Positions 15,601 through 27,344 of a DNA stretch of 64,000 nt are shown piece after piece. The stretch is taken from assembly GCA_964057225.1 (NCBI GenBank), contig OZ059896.1, positions 18,786,001 to 18,850,000 of the forward strand. The letters run 5' to 3'. How positions within the stretch are numbered: the stretch's first letter is position 1; each line of letters opens with the position of its first letter. A program made the position numbers and the translations under genes. A model generated the notes under the pieces. It ran no database searches, had not been told where the DNA came from, and saw nothing but the letters and a program-made list of their open reading frames with translations. Source of the DNA: Auanema rhodensis (taxonomy: Eukaryota > Animalia > Nematoda).

Positions 15601-18197
15601 TGTCTAATTTGAATGCGATTTGCATGGCCTTGTGGCCTAATGGATAAGGCGTCGGACTTCGGATCCGAAGATTGTAGGTTCGAGTCCTGCCAGGGTCGTT
15701 ATTTTTTGTTTTAAAAAAAATCATTACCTGATAAATTACATGTTTTATTCTGTATTATCTCAAACAATTGAAAAAAATACTAACAGTAAAACAAATGCAG
15801 TGTTAATATTCTCGAGAATGTTCCTATTCAGAGTGAGAAAATATCGAAAATTTCCCGAAGGTTTTCTCATAAGGTACTAAAATAAAAGTATTATTTCATA
15901 TTATTATTTTTTCAGACCTAGAATCGATAAAAAAAATTAACTACATTTTAGTGAGTTACTGGGTTGGGTTATACAAATTGTCTAATTAGAATGCGATTTA
16001 CATGGCCTTGTGGTCTAATGGATAAGGCGTCGGACTTCGGATCCGAATGTTGTAGGTTCGAGTCCTGCCAGGGTTGTTATTTTTTGTTTCAAAAAAATCA
16101 TTACCTGATAGTTTACATGTTTTATGCTGTATTATCTCATACAATTGAAAAAAATACTAGCAGTAAAACAAATGCAGTGATGATATTCTCGAGAATGTTC
16201 CTATTCAGAGTGAGAAAATATCAAAAATTTCCCGACGGTTTTCTCATAAGGTACTAAAATAAAAGTATTATTTCATATTATTATTTTTTCAGACCTAGAA
16301 TCGATAAAAAAAATAAACTACATTTTAGTGAGTTACTGGGTTGGGTTATACAAATTGTCTAATTAGAATGCGATTTACATGGCCTTGTGGCCTAATGGAT
16401 AAGGCGTCGAACTTCGGATCCGAAGATTGTAGGTTCGAGTCCTGCCAGGGTCGTTATTTTTTGTTTCAAAACAATCATTACCTGATAGTTTACATGTTTT
16501 ATTCTATATTATCTCATACAATTGAAAAGAATACTAGCAGTAAAACAAATGCAGTGTTAATATTCTCGAAAATGTTCCTATTCAGAGTGAGAAAGTATCA
16601 AAAATTTCCCGAAGGTTTTCTCATAAGGTACTAAAAGAAAAGTATTATTTCATATTATTATTCTTTCAGACCTAGAATCGATAAAAAAAAATCAACTACA
16701 TTTTAGTGAGTTACTAGGTTGGGTTATACAAATTGTCTAATTTGAATGCGATTTAAATGGCCTTGTGGCCTAATGGATAAGGCGTCGGACTTCGGATCCG
16801 AAGATTGTAGGTTCGAGTCCTGCCAGGGTCGTTATTTTTTGTTTTAAAAAAATCATTACCTGATAGTTTACATGTTTTATTCTATATTATCTCATACAAT
16901 TGAAAAAAATACTAGCAGTAAAACAAATGCAGTGATAATATTCTCGAGAATGTTCCTATTCAGAGTGAGAAAATATCAAAAATTCTCCGAAGGTTTTCTC
17001 ATAAGGTACTAAAATAAAAGTATTATTTCATATTATTATTTTTTCAGACCTAGAATCGATGAAAAAATCAACTACATTTTAGTGAGTTACTGGGTTGGGT
17101 TATACAAATTGTCTAATTTGAATGCGATTTACATGGCCTTGTGGCCTAATGGATAAGGCGTCGGACTTCGGATCCGAAGATTGTAGGTTCGAGTCCTGCC
17201 AGGGTCGTTATTTTTTGTTTTAAAAAAATCATTACCTGATAGTTTACATGTTTTATTCTATATTATCTTAAACAATTGAAAAAAATACTAGCAGTAAAAC
17301 AAATGCAGTGATAATATTCTCGAGAATGTTCCTATTCAGAGTGAGAAAATATCAAAAATTCTCCGAAGCTTTTCTCATAAGGTACTAAAATAAAAGTATT
17401 ATTTCATATTATTATTTTTTCAGACCTAGAATCGATAAAAAAAATTAACTACATTTTAGTGAGTTACTGGGTTGGGTTATACAAATTGTCTAATTTGAAT
17501 GCGATTTACATGGCCTTGTGGCCTAATGGATAAGGCGTCGGACTTCGGATCCGAAGATTGTAGGTTCGAGTCCTGCCAGGGTCGTTATTTTTTGTTTTAA
17601 AAAAATCATTACCTGATAAATTACATGTTTTATTCTGTATTACCTCATACAATTGAAAAAAATACTAGCAGTAAAACAAATGCAGTGATAATATTCTCGA
17701 GAATGTTCCTATTCAGAGTGAGAAAATATCAAAAATTCTCCGAAGGTTTTCTCATAAGGTACTAAAATAAAAGTATTATTTCATATTATTATTTTTTCAG
17801 ACCTAGAATCGATGAAAAAATCAACTACATTTTAGTGAGTTACTGGGTTGGGTTATACAAATTGTCTAATTTGAATGCGATTTACATGGCCTTGTGGCCT
17901 AATGGATAAGGCGTCGGACTTCGGATCCGAAGATTGTAGGTTCGAGTCCTGCCAGGGTCGTTATTTTTTGTTTTAAAAAAATCATTACCTGATAAATTAC
18001 ATGTTTTATTCTGTATTATCTCAAACAATTGAAAAAAATACTAGCAGTAAAACAAATGCAGTGATAATATTCTCGAGAATGTTCCTATTCAGAGTGAGAA
18101 AATATCAAAAATTATCCGAAAGTTTTCTCATAAGGTACTAAAATAAAAGTATTATTTCATATTATTATTTTTTCAGACCTAGAATCGATGAAAAAAT

Positions 18198-18580
18198 TGT
18201 CACATCTGCAAGCACATGGTAAACATGTGCGCGCTATTCAAATAGCGGGAGCCTGAACAAGCCCCGCCTACAACATGGGACACACATGTCACTCTTGCTT
18301 CTGGCCTAACCCAGATAGGTTGTCTTATAGCCATGTGAGTCTCATCTCTATATCATCTATATATATATACTCTATTTAATACTTTGTTATATCTCTTTAT
18401 ATTCTTTCTTAATGTAATTCTTATATTGTATTTTCTTGTTATCTGATAATGAATCCTTTTCGCTTTAAGTATTTGTCTTAATAAGGAAATCGGGTCGTTC
18501 GGGTCTGCCTACCTAAGGAACAAGGTAGAAGTACATATATCTTCCGACCATGAAAAGACGGGAAGAAACAATATGTAACG
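18198..18580 (+). repeat. Element A 5' LTR (TG...CG)
   Basis: Direct repeat of 27963-28345; no differences seen by eye. Confidence 0.96.
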
Positions 18581-18593
18581 TGGAGGTTCCACC
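18581..18593 (+). promoter_or_regulatory. Primer-binding site, tRNA-Gln
   Basis: TGGAGGTTCCACC directly after the LTR; complement of the tRNA-Gln 3' end GGTGGAACCT-CCA. Confidence 0.9.
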
Positions 18594-19733
18594 TTGCTTA
18601 CTTTACTGTTAATTTATTGACAGCAAGTTTACGAGACTTTTGGACTTAATTACCCAACAGTGAGGAGTAACCGAGCCGTGCACCATGATTTCCCCAAAAA
18701 TTATTTTGGCTACCACTTCTCCTCCGCTCAACGAAAACTGGGAGGTGTCTGAGACGTTTGGGGAAACTATCAGACAATAGTTTTGACGAGCGTTACCTTT
18801 TTGTTATGCACGCGCGTGCTATTTTGATTCATTACTTTATGATGTGAATGTCCAGTGTGGCAACAGAGCTCACTTTTTAGCTGAGTTGTTTGGAAGCTGG
18901 AGGCTGTTGGGATAATTTTATTTACGATTTTTTGATTTTGATTCACATCCAAGGGTTCATCAGGGTTCCACTCCTGTTAACTCTTTTCTTATTAGTTCAG
19001 AGATAATAAGAATATTTAAATTCCTACCCACCCAAGTCCACTCTACGTCTGCCAACGTTTCCTTTTTCCTATATTATTGACAGATTACTGAATTTAAACT
19101 CCTATATCAATCTTAAATTACCTTCTAAATCTTTGGAAATTAAATTAAAAATTATCTTAATTAAGATTTATTTTGAAATTCTTTCTACAAATCTTAATAA
19201 ACTTTATAAAATTGAACTTAATATACGAGATGAGACATTTTTGTTTACTTTAAGCTTACTCACATTCAAATAGTTGGCCCACGCGTACCAGCTGTTCGAC
19301 ATGTGTAGTCAATAACAGCTGTTAAAATTCAAAAGTTTTCAAACAGGCTTAAGGCACCATCTGTGATTCCTTATTTGTCTCTAAGCTGACATTAGTGATT
19401 ATAATATTCAAATATCACGACAGACGGTCAATGGTTGTTTACCATAAGCGCTAACATCTGGTGTCGTGACACATGGCTGGAGGCGGAGCTTGAAGCTTCA
19501 ACGATCCTCCTTCATCAGACGCCATTGTCACAAACGTTTTTACTGGAGTCTAGTTGCTTCCAGTACGCGCTCTTATATTCATCTAACTGTATTCACCAGC
19601 CACCCTGTCGGACTCGGACATCAGCGAGGAAAACAAAGATCAGGAACAAGGATCACCAGAGGTACGCCAAGTTTTTGAATTTAATTCTAAAAACTTAAAT
19701 ACTCCATCCACCTACCTCTCTTCTTTTGAATTT

Positions 19734-22700
19734 TTGAGAGAAGAAGGTGATTCCTCTTCTTCTTCTCACTCTTCTTCTCTAACAATTAGAACGAGAAGTA
19801 AAAGCAGAAAGGCCATCACTGAGGAAACACCTCGGGCACCTACTACAGTACGAAATAGATCACCAAGTCGGTGGGCCGCTGCTATAACTAAAGCTTTTGA
19901 AAGAAAAATGACTCCTACCTCTCCATCTCCTAATTCTAATGTTGCTCCACCCTCTAGAAATATGGCAACTATTTTGAATTGCCATCTCTGTCCCAGGTAT
20001 GACGGCTCTCGTAGCTTTCGTTCTTTTGTTGAATCTTTAAATAGATTTTTTAATGTTATGAATCTAAGTTTACCTGAGAGACTATTAATTTTACCTCTTC
20101 TTTTGGAATCAAATGAAACAGCTCTCTCCTTGTATAATAGTATTCCTAGTGGCATAAGAACTAATGGCCCATGGATTGTTTTGATGGATCAGCTCACTGA
20201 GCTTTTAGCGCCTAAAACAGATAAAAATTTCACCATAGCGCTTATTCATCGAATACAACAAGGAGATAAATCTGTTCTCGATTTTAGTATGGAATTAGAG
20301 AGAATGGCAAGCACCATAATGTCACCAATGGATCCCGAGCGGGAACCAATGTTGAAAACGGCATTTTTAAATGGTTTAAAAGAGGAACTGGGTATTGCGG
20401 TTTTAACTAAAAACCCCGCCACTTATGAACAAGCTAAGAAATTAGCTAGGTTTGAAGAAGGCGTTCGGAATAGCTTCATGAAAAGAAATGAAGACACCAG
20501 CACCTTGAAGGAGCTCATAAATGCTTTACAACATAAATTAAGCTTTAGTGAAGAAAGAGAAAGAAGTAGGAATAATAATAATAATAAAAATTATAAAAAT
20601 AATAAAAATAATAAAAAAAATAATAACTGGACTCAGCACAATAATGGCTCTAATGATTATGAGCGAGAGAGAGAGCGACCTTCTGCCGTACGTTATAATA
20701 ATAATAATTCGCAGAACGGGAATATGAATAGGCGTCCTAACCCGGGAAACCGCCCATTTGCCAATGGCAGAAATGCCAATAGCTCGTCTTGGAACCCTAG
20801 GCCTAGTTCCCCAAGAAGACAAAGACCATCAGCCAATGGGAATGGTAACTCAAGGGTATACAGCGTAGCGACCCCATTCATGCCACCGGTCACGTTGTGC
20901 CTGACTTTATTGGCACTCTCATGCCTTCCCTTTGGGTCGGCAAAATATCAGATTTGCGCTCAATCTGAAGGGGGTATATTAGTAACACCTCCTGTGGTCA
21001 CAGGCTGCCATAAGGCAGAAATTGAAAAGGCTCACAGTGTTGAGGTAGAAATATATCTACCAAAGGCTGAGATAGAGTCATGGGAAGCATGGAAATGCTA
21101 TGTGAAAAAGTATAAAAGCTGTGTGAGAGATTTCATGTTTTTGAGAGATCGTAACACCACATTCTCTCATATTGAAACAGTAGATAAGAAAGATTGTGTT
21201 CGAGCACATAGAAATCGTATGTGGAATGATAAAATCATGAATGCCCAACAGCATTCAGTTTTTGAAACACCATTAAACGAGCATAATCCAACTCGCTCTT
21301 GGTCCACTGAAGAATGTGTAGAAATTGAACAATTTGTATTGAAGCGAGGGATAATAACTAGATTGAAAGAAGATCACATTGTATCAGACTTATTTATAAA
21401 TACTGATAATTGTAAAGGAAATGAAGGGTTTTGTGCAACTGGTGAAGGTGCAGTTATCTGGCAACCACCTATCCCATCAGTTGTCTGTCACTATCAAAAA
21501 CTTGGCCCCTTCTCCGCCATGTTGGGTGATCATATTCTTCTAGTTCACTCTATTGAAAGCGCTTTTGTTCTCCAAAATCATTCCACATCCGCTCACGTTC
21601 AATCTTGTTTCGAATTCGCTGTTTTTGAATCATCTTCTGAGGCAATTATCCGATTCACAGCATATCCCCGTGTTTATAATTTGCTTGATCTTTCCAATAC
21701 TTTGCTTAATGCTGATAGACGCAGAAATAAACGTAATGCATTACCTCAAAAACATCGCTCTTTCAGTGATGATTATCTTTTTGTTAATGCGAAATCCCAA
21801 TCATATGCGTTTCCATTTCTAAGACCTACTTTCATTTTTGGATCTGCATCTATCACTAAGTTTTACGCAAAATATATGAGATATGCAGCTACATCATCTT
21901 ATGAGAGTTTGCTCCAATTCGCGATAGATAATCCACTGTTCATTGACACAATTGTTAGTTTAGGATTGACAAAAGATCACATAACTAACTGGGCCAAGTC
22001 TAATAATTTCAAAGATCCCAATCTTTTGATTTTACAATGTATGGGTATAGAGGAAATTAAACTGGCTACTAGACAGGTGATTAATAGCATGAAATTGGAT
22101 GATCTTATCACTCAAGTAGCTCGTCGTATAGAAGTTCCTCGGTTAAAAAGATCTTTGATGAAATCTACAACATCCATAGAAGATTTCTTTCGAGGAATGG
22201 CTCACGCAGTAGTATATCAAGCCACAATTCTTGATGGTACACAAACAGTTCCATCAATCGAACAGTTGGCAAGAGCCTTATATCCATCTATATTACCACG
22301 CAGTGGAAATATGAATCAATCTGAAATTATTGCAACTGCTCAAGGCATGTTATTCATGATCCAACAACAATCGGGAAAAGAACAAATATCTCGTGACATG
22401 CAAGTCAGTCGACAACAAAAAGCTGATGCTACTGTTAGAAATAACCAAGAGCAAGATTTAGCAATTATATCCAAGCTGCCTGACTATCACAACCTTTATA
22501 CAAAGAATAGTACAGCATATTATGGATTTCCTCCACAGTCCATCGAATACCCACAGGAAAATCCTAAATTCAATAAAACAGAAGTTTTAGAATTCATAAG
22601 TTGGGTTAAAACTCAAATCACAACTGATAAAAATATGGTGGTACAGCATACTACTGTAACCCCAATAACTTCCACCAAAACTACAATTCGTAGTTTAACA

Positions 22701-25700
22701 ACTCCTACCCCTAATGCGTACGAGAGAGGTCGAGAGTTGTATGTAGCAGAAGTATATGACAATGTTCTCCACAAATCAGAGCATAAAACTAAAACGATAA
22801 TAGATAATAAGTTGAATTATGGGTTTGAGAAAGCGCGTCTCTCCATAATTGACGAATTTCATCAACAGTTTCATACCATCTGTAAATCTCAAATGGAAAC
22901 TGTAAAAAGCTGGCAAGCTATATTACGTATACATCCTACAATAGGAGTACGAGCTATGCTTCAGCGGGATGATATCGTTGCCCGATTTGTTGGAAGAAAT
23001 GTTTTAAAAATAACAACTTGTCAGGAAATAGAACCACATTTCATTTATCGTAATCATTCTTACAATGATAAATGTTATGCAGAGACCCCTGTTTTAACAC
23101 ACGATAAACAATTATTCTTTGCTCCTATCGATAGCTACGATTTGAGCACTGAAGGACATGAGATCAATTGTGAACACAAAGAGACAGAAATTTGGTATGA
23201 AAATGGAACATGGAAAGATTATAAAGGTGACACACATAAAGTAGATAGTATTCATTCAGAAAAACATGATCATTATGCTGAATTGAGTAAACTTCGATTC
23301 ACAGGGCGGAATTTGTTTGAAAATTCGACTGAAAAATCCTTAGCCCTATCTATTGGATTAACTTATGGTTATAGTTTATCTACTTCACCTCACCATGATC
23401 TTCTCCGCGTAATTTCTCGTTCACGTGATTGGCCTCAAATTTCCTCTTTCATCTTCAAAGGAAGTAAACTTATAAGAGATGCCAGGAAAATTGTTTTCTC
23501 CAATTGGGATCTGTTCATTGACTTTTGTATAGGTTCAATTGAACGAACACTCATTACCATCGGTTGTATAACTCTGATATTATGTCTAATGATAGCATTA
23601 TATTTCACTATAAAATGTTATCTCTCCCCTACTTCTATGTTAAAAATAAACCATATCATGTTGAGCCCAACAGCTCCACCTTTTGAGGGAGATGAGATTC
23701 ATGAAACAGTTAGTGATGAATTGATGCGGAGCTATTTTCCCACCATAATAACTTACATTCCTTTAGCCATACCTTTTGTATGTCACACAACAACAAAGAA
23801 AAATGGACACATGTTACCGTTTGTTCATATTGACATTGAAGGTAGAGGACTGTTAGCATTATGGGATTCTGGAGCTACGGTCTCATATATTCCGTTCTCC
23901 ACATTGGCATATATTGGAAGACAATATTTTACAAAATATTCTAAATCTGCATCCACTGCAAATGGATCAGAGTTTCGCTTTGTGGGAAAATGCAAGTTAG
24001 ATGTGGGTATAGCAGGTTACCAAGTGGAACACGAATTTTTAATATCTGAAGACAATGACTGTCCAGGACAAATGTTACTTGGTACTGATTTTATGCGTAC
24101 GTTGGAAGAAAGAGAGATATTTACTACATTAAAACTATGTAAAGGAAAGTTGATTGTTGGTAATATGGAAACACCCTTAGTAAAACCTGGTTGTTTTGCA
24201 TATAAAACCACAACTAAAACAGTAAATATCATAAGTTTGTCCACAGTAACAGTTCCACCACATAGTACCTCCCACATATCTTTGCAAACAGGACCAGAAT
24301 TAGATTTTGATCAATATGCTCTTTTAAAATCTAGCACAGGTCCTATATCAATTCCAGATGCCGCCATAGGACCTTTTCCTATTACTATGGTAGTATCAAA
24401 CAATTCTTCAAAGCCAATTAAAATTAATAAAAATGACCACATTGGTTCAGGACTTATAGCATCTAAAGAAATTATGAACGATTATGTTCCACCTGAAGCT
24501 GATTGGGAAGATAAGTTACCAACTTTTCCTCAGCATCTTTTGGATGATTTGAACTTCAATTCTTGCACTCTGTCTCATAAAATGAAGAAAAATCTGATCA
24601 CAATCATTAAGGAAAACCAAACGGCATTTTTCAACCATGATCATAATATTGGTCTCTTTTGCGGACCAGTTGAACATGCCATTCCTATGAGATCTGATAT
24701 GGATTTTCCAAAAAGTAGATCTTACAGAGTACCATTGGGTAAGCAAGAAGAAGTAGAACGGCAAGTGAAAGAAATGTTGTCGCAAGGTATAATCGAAAAT
24801 TCGACGGCTACTTTCACTAGTCCGGTTGTTCTTGTGAAAAAGAAAGATAATTCTTTCCGGTTCGTTACTGACTTTAGAGCATTGAATAGTGTTACTAAGA
24901 AACAAACATACAGCATCCCACACATTCCTGATATCATAGACTTAGCGGCTGGAGCTCAGTTCTTTTCGAATTTTGATCTCATTTCTGGTTTCTTCCAAAT
25001 ACCGTTGAAACGCTCAGATAGATACTTAACTGCTTTTACCACTCCATCAGGTACCTATCAGTATTGCCGAATGCCTATGGGATTGTGTGGAGCGCCACAC
25101 ACTTTTCAATCCGCAGTACGATACTTGCAATCTCTTGTTAGATGCAAACTGTTTGTATATCTAGATGATTTGCTAATAATTTCGAACTCAGCTGAAGAAC
25201 ATTTAAGAGATATACAAGAAGTGCTGAAAAAGGTCACTGAACTAGGGTTAAAAATTAAGTTATCTAAATGTTGCTTTGCAGCCACTGAAGTAAAGTTTTT
25301 GGGTTTTATAATAGGTAGAAATGGTGTTAAACCAGATCCTGCTAAAATACAGGCTGTTTCCGAATTTCCAAATCCAAGCACAGTTACGGCTGTCAGATCC
25401 TTTCTAGGTATGACTAACTATTTTCGACGGTTTATTCAAAATTATGCCGGAATAGCTGAGCCATTGTATAAGTTAACACATAAGGATACTCCTTTTGAGT
25501 GGAAATCGGAACATGCAGACGCATTTGAAACTTTAAAAACATTACTGTGTACTGCCCCTGTACTGAAACCTCCTAAAGCAGACCAACCTTTTGTTATAGA
25601 AAGTGATGGCAGTATGATCGCTGTGGGAGCAGTTTTATTGCAATCAGCAGAGAAAAATTCTCCATTACACCCGATTGCGTTCGCTAGTAGAAAGTTGACT

Positions 25701-27344
25701 CCAGCGGAACGGAAATATCCTCCTATTGAAGTTGAAGCACTCGGTTTAGTCTTTGCTCTTCAACAATTCCGTACCTATGTATTAGGAGTACCTACCACAG
25801 TTATCACAGATCACCGACCATTAACCAGTTTAATGTCGCGTAAAGATCTCATAGGTAGATTAGCCAAGTATCAACTAATGATACAAGATTTCAACATAAA
25901 GATTGAATATCGTCCTGGCAAATTAAACAGTGTCTGTGATGCTCTCTCCAGGTATATAGGAAACGAAGCAAATGACAGTCGTCCTACTAAACCAAAGGAC
26001 AAAGTAAAACCTGTTGATGCTTTTATTGCTCATATCACAACTATTTCTTCTATTGACCAACTAAATTGTGAAGAAATACGGAAAGTTCAAGCTGGAGTTC
26101 CCTGGATTCGCGAAGCACTTTCTCAAATTAATAATGATAACTGTCCGGCTAATATATCAGACCGGTATGAAGAACGAGAAGGCATATTACATGCAAAACA
26201 AGCGAAAAATTATTTGAAACCATCTATTATTTTGCCTCGTAACGACAAAATAACTGATGTTGTTATCAAGTTTTTTCATGAAGATTCCAAAATTGGTGCA
26301 CACCTAGGTATAAATAAAACTACTGATGCGATTCGACGACGATTCTTTTGGACTAATATGGTTCCACAAATAACTGAATTTATTAATCGTTGTACAAAAT
26401 GTGCAAGTAGGAAATCTAACCCACACCAATCGTATATTCAACCTATGGGAAGATTTGTTATACCCGAAAAGCCATTTGATCGTATTCATGTAGATATACT
26501 AGGTCCTTTACCTCGCACTAATGATGGACATCGATACATCTTGAGTATTCAAGACGCTTTTAGTAAATGGGGAACAACTTGCCCATTAATAACACAAACG
26601 GCTACTGAAATCACAAAAGCGTTTGTAATTAGATTTGTTTTCATATATGGACCACCAATGAGTATGATAACTGATAATGGTAGTAGCTTTTTGTCATCTG
26701 AATTTCAAGCTATGTGTAAACAATTTGGAATTAAACACACTACTACGCTACCATATCATAAAAATGCTAATGGACAAGTTGAGAGACTTCATAGAACTTT
26801 GGAAGAAGCTCTCTCTTCATTCGTGAATGAACAACAAACTAACTGGGATATACACCTACCTAAAGTTATGTTTGCGATCAATACGTTACCAAACTCATCA
26901 ACATCTATTAGTCCATATGTTGTATTATTTGGTCGGGATGCAAGACTTCCTATTGACCATCAATTGCCTGGAAATAATCTTCAAACTGAAGAACCAGCCA
27001 ATCCTACAGAAGATTTTGTCAATAGATCGCTAATACAAAATGAAAGCACATCTAATATAGTAAAAGATAGAATTGAAACATGCACAAAGAAGAATGAACA
27101 ACGGTACAATACACGAAATAGAACACAAAATAAAGAAATTCAGGTTAATGACTTAGTTATGATAAAAGTGAATTCTACTCGAAACAAACTAACACCTTCA
27201 TTCGAAGGGCCTTATTTAGTTACAGCAGTTCAAAGATCTTTCGTCGTGGTTCAAACAGATAAAGGAAAAAGCAGAAGAGTACACAAGGACTTCGTCAAAC
27301 CTTACCAACGGACAACATCTATTCCGGTTATCACAATTTCTTGA
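19734..27344 (+). CDS. Gag-Env-Pol polyprotein (first in-frame ATG at 19908)
   Basis: Capsid-like region (LKTAFLNGLKEEL), signal peptide ~20880-20942, Cys-rich ectodomain, TM ~23547-23612, protease LWDSGAT, RT YLDD, RNase H (ESDGS, TDHRPL), integrase HHCC/DDE and GPY. Confidence 0.95.
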   Translation: MREEGDSSSSSHSSSLTIRTRSKSRKAITEETPRAPTTVRNRSPSRWAAAITKAFERKMTPTSPSPNSNVAPPSRNMATILNCHLCPRYDGSRSFRSFVESLNRFFNVMNLSLPERLLILPLLLESNETALSLYNSIPSGIRTNGPWIVLMDQLTELLAPKTDKNFTIALIHRIQQGDKSVLDFSMELERMASTIMSPMDPEREPMLKTAFLNGLKEELGIAVLTKNPATYEQAKKLARFEEGVRNSFMKRNEDTSTLKELINALQHKLSFSEERERSRNNNNNKNYKNNKNNKKNNNWTQHNNGSNDYERERERPSAVRYNNNNSQNGNMNRRPNPGNRPFANGRNANSSSWNPRPSSPRRQRPSANGNGNSRVYSVATPFMPPVTLCLTLLALSCLPFGSAKYQICAQSEGGILVTPPVVTGCHKAEIEKAHSVEVEIYLPKAEIESWEAWKCYVKKYKSCVRDFMFLRDRNTTFSHIETVDKKDCVRAHRNRMWNDKIMNAQQHSVFETPLNEHNPTRSWSTEECVEIEQFVLKRGIITRLKEDHIVSDLFINTDNCKGNEGFCATGEGAVIWQPPIPSVVCHYQKLGPFSAMLGDHILLVHSIESAFVLQNHSTSAHVQSCFEFAVFESSSEAIIRFTAYPRVYNLLDLSNTLLNADRRRNKRNALPQKHRSFSDDYLFVNAKSQSYAFPFLRPTFIFGSASITKFYAKYMRYAATSSYESLLQFAIDNPLFIDTIVSLGLTKDHITNWAKSNNFKDPNLLILQCMGIEEIKLATRQVINSMKLDDLITQVARRIEVPRLKRSLMKSTTSIEDFFRGMAHAVVYQATILDGTQTVPSIEQLARALYPSILPRSGNMNQSEIIATAQGMLFMIQQQSGKEQISRDMQVSRQQKADATVRNNQEQDLAIISKLPDYHNLYTKNSTAYYGFPPQSIEYPQENPKFNKTEVLEFISWVKTQITTDKNMVVQHTTVTPITSTKTTIRSLTTPTPNAYERGRELYVAEVYDNVLHKSEHKTKTIIDNKLNYGFEKARLSIIDEFHQQFHTICKSQMETVKSWQAILRIHPTIGVRAMLQRDDIVARFVGRNVLKITTCQEIEPHFIYRNHSYNDKCYAETPVLTHDKQLFFAPIDSYDLSTEGHEINCEHKETEIWYENGTWKDYKGDTHKVDSIHSEKHDHYAELSKLRFTGRNLFENSTEKSLALSIGLTYGYSLSTSPHHDLLRVISRSRDWPQISSFIFKGSKLIRDARKIVFSNWDLFIDFCIGSIERTLITIGCITLILCLMIALYFTIKCYLSPTSMLKINHIMLSPTAPPFEGDEIHETVSDELMRSYFPTIITYIPLAIPFVCHTTTKKNGHMLPFVHIDIEGRGLLALWDSGATVSYIPFSTLAYIGRQYFTKYSKSASTANGSEFRFVGKCKLDVGIAGYQVEHEFLISEDNDCPGQMLLGTDFMRTLEEREIFTTLKLCKGKLIVGNMETPLVKPGCFAYKTTTKTVNIISLSTVTVPPHSTSHISLQTGPELDFDQYALLKSSTGPISIPDAAIGPFPITMVVSNNSSKPIKINKNDHIGSGLIASKEIMNDYVPPEADWEDKLPTFPQHLLDDLNFNSCTLSHKMKKNLITIIKENQTAFFNHDHNIGLFCGPVEHAIPMRSDMDFPKSRSYRVPLGKQEEVERQVKEMLSQGIIENSTATFTSPVVLVKKKDNSFRFVTDFRALNSVTKKQTYSIPHIPDIIDLAAGAQFFSNFDLISGFFQIPLKRSDRYLTAFTTPSGTYQYCRMPMGLCGAPHTFQSAVRYLQSLVRCKLFVYLDDLLIISNSAEEHLRDIQEVLKKVTELGLKIKLSKCCFAATEVKFLGFIIGRNGVKPDPAKIQAVSEFPNPSTVTAVRSFLGMTNYFRRFIQNYAGIAEPLYKLTHKDTPFEWKSEHADAFETLKTLLCTAPVLKPPKADQPFVIESDGSMIAVGAVLLQSAEKNSPLHPIAFASRKLTPAERKYPPIEVEALGLVFALQQFRTYVLGVPTTVITDHRPLTSLMSRKDLIGRLAKYQLMIQDFNIKIEYRPGKLNSVCDALSRYIGNEANDSRPTKPKDKVKPVDAFIAHITTISSIDQLNCEEIRKVQAGVPWIREALSQINNDNCPANISDRYEEREGILHAKQAKNYLKPSIILPRNDKITDVVIKFFHEDSKIGAHLGINKTTDAIRRRFFWTNMVPQITEFINRCTKCASRKSNPHQSYIQPMGRFVIPEKPFDRIHVDILGPLPRTNDGHRYILSIQDAFSKWGTTCPLITQTATEITKAFVIRFVFIYGPPMSMITDNGSSFLSSEFQAMCKQFGIKHTTTLPYHKNANGQVERLHRTLEEALSSFVNEQQTNWDIHLPKVMFAINTLPNSSTSISPYVVLFGRDARLPIDHQLPGNNLQTEEPANPTEDFVNRSLIQNESTSNIVKDRIETCTKKNEQRYNTRNRTQNKEIQVNDLVMIKVNSTRNKLTPSFEGPYLVTAVQRSFVVVQTDKGKSRRVHKDFVKPYQRTTSIPVITIS
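20880..23700 (+). other. Envelope glycoprotein domain, class III fusogen-like (herpes gB / chuvirus G type)
   Basis: Hydrophobic signal TLCLTLLALSCLPFGSA, N-glycosylation sequons, furin-type site RRRNKR (21717-21734), gB-like block ICKSQ..W....IHPT....R..VARFVG.VL.ITTC...CY..TPV, C-terminal TM. Recognised by motif only. Confidence 0.75.

Larger units (their letters stand above)
1..18197 (+). repeat. Tandem tRNA-Arg(TCG) gene array, segment 1 (~48 units of 376-378 bp; continues left of window)
   Basis: Near-identical unit recurs every ~377 bp; each contains GGCCTTGTGGCCTAATGGATAAGGCGTCGGACTTCGGATCCGAAGATTGTAGGTTCGAGTCCTGCCAGGGTCG or a close variant, followed by a T-run. Confidence 0.98.

Noticed and set aside
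19466-19678. 70-aa leader ORF that joins pol in frame after the splice
   Set aside because: It has no ATG in frame, and all four A-versus-B substitutions change its amino acids.
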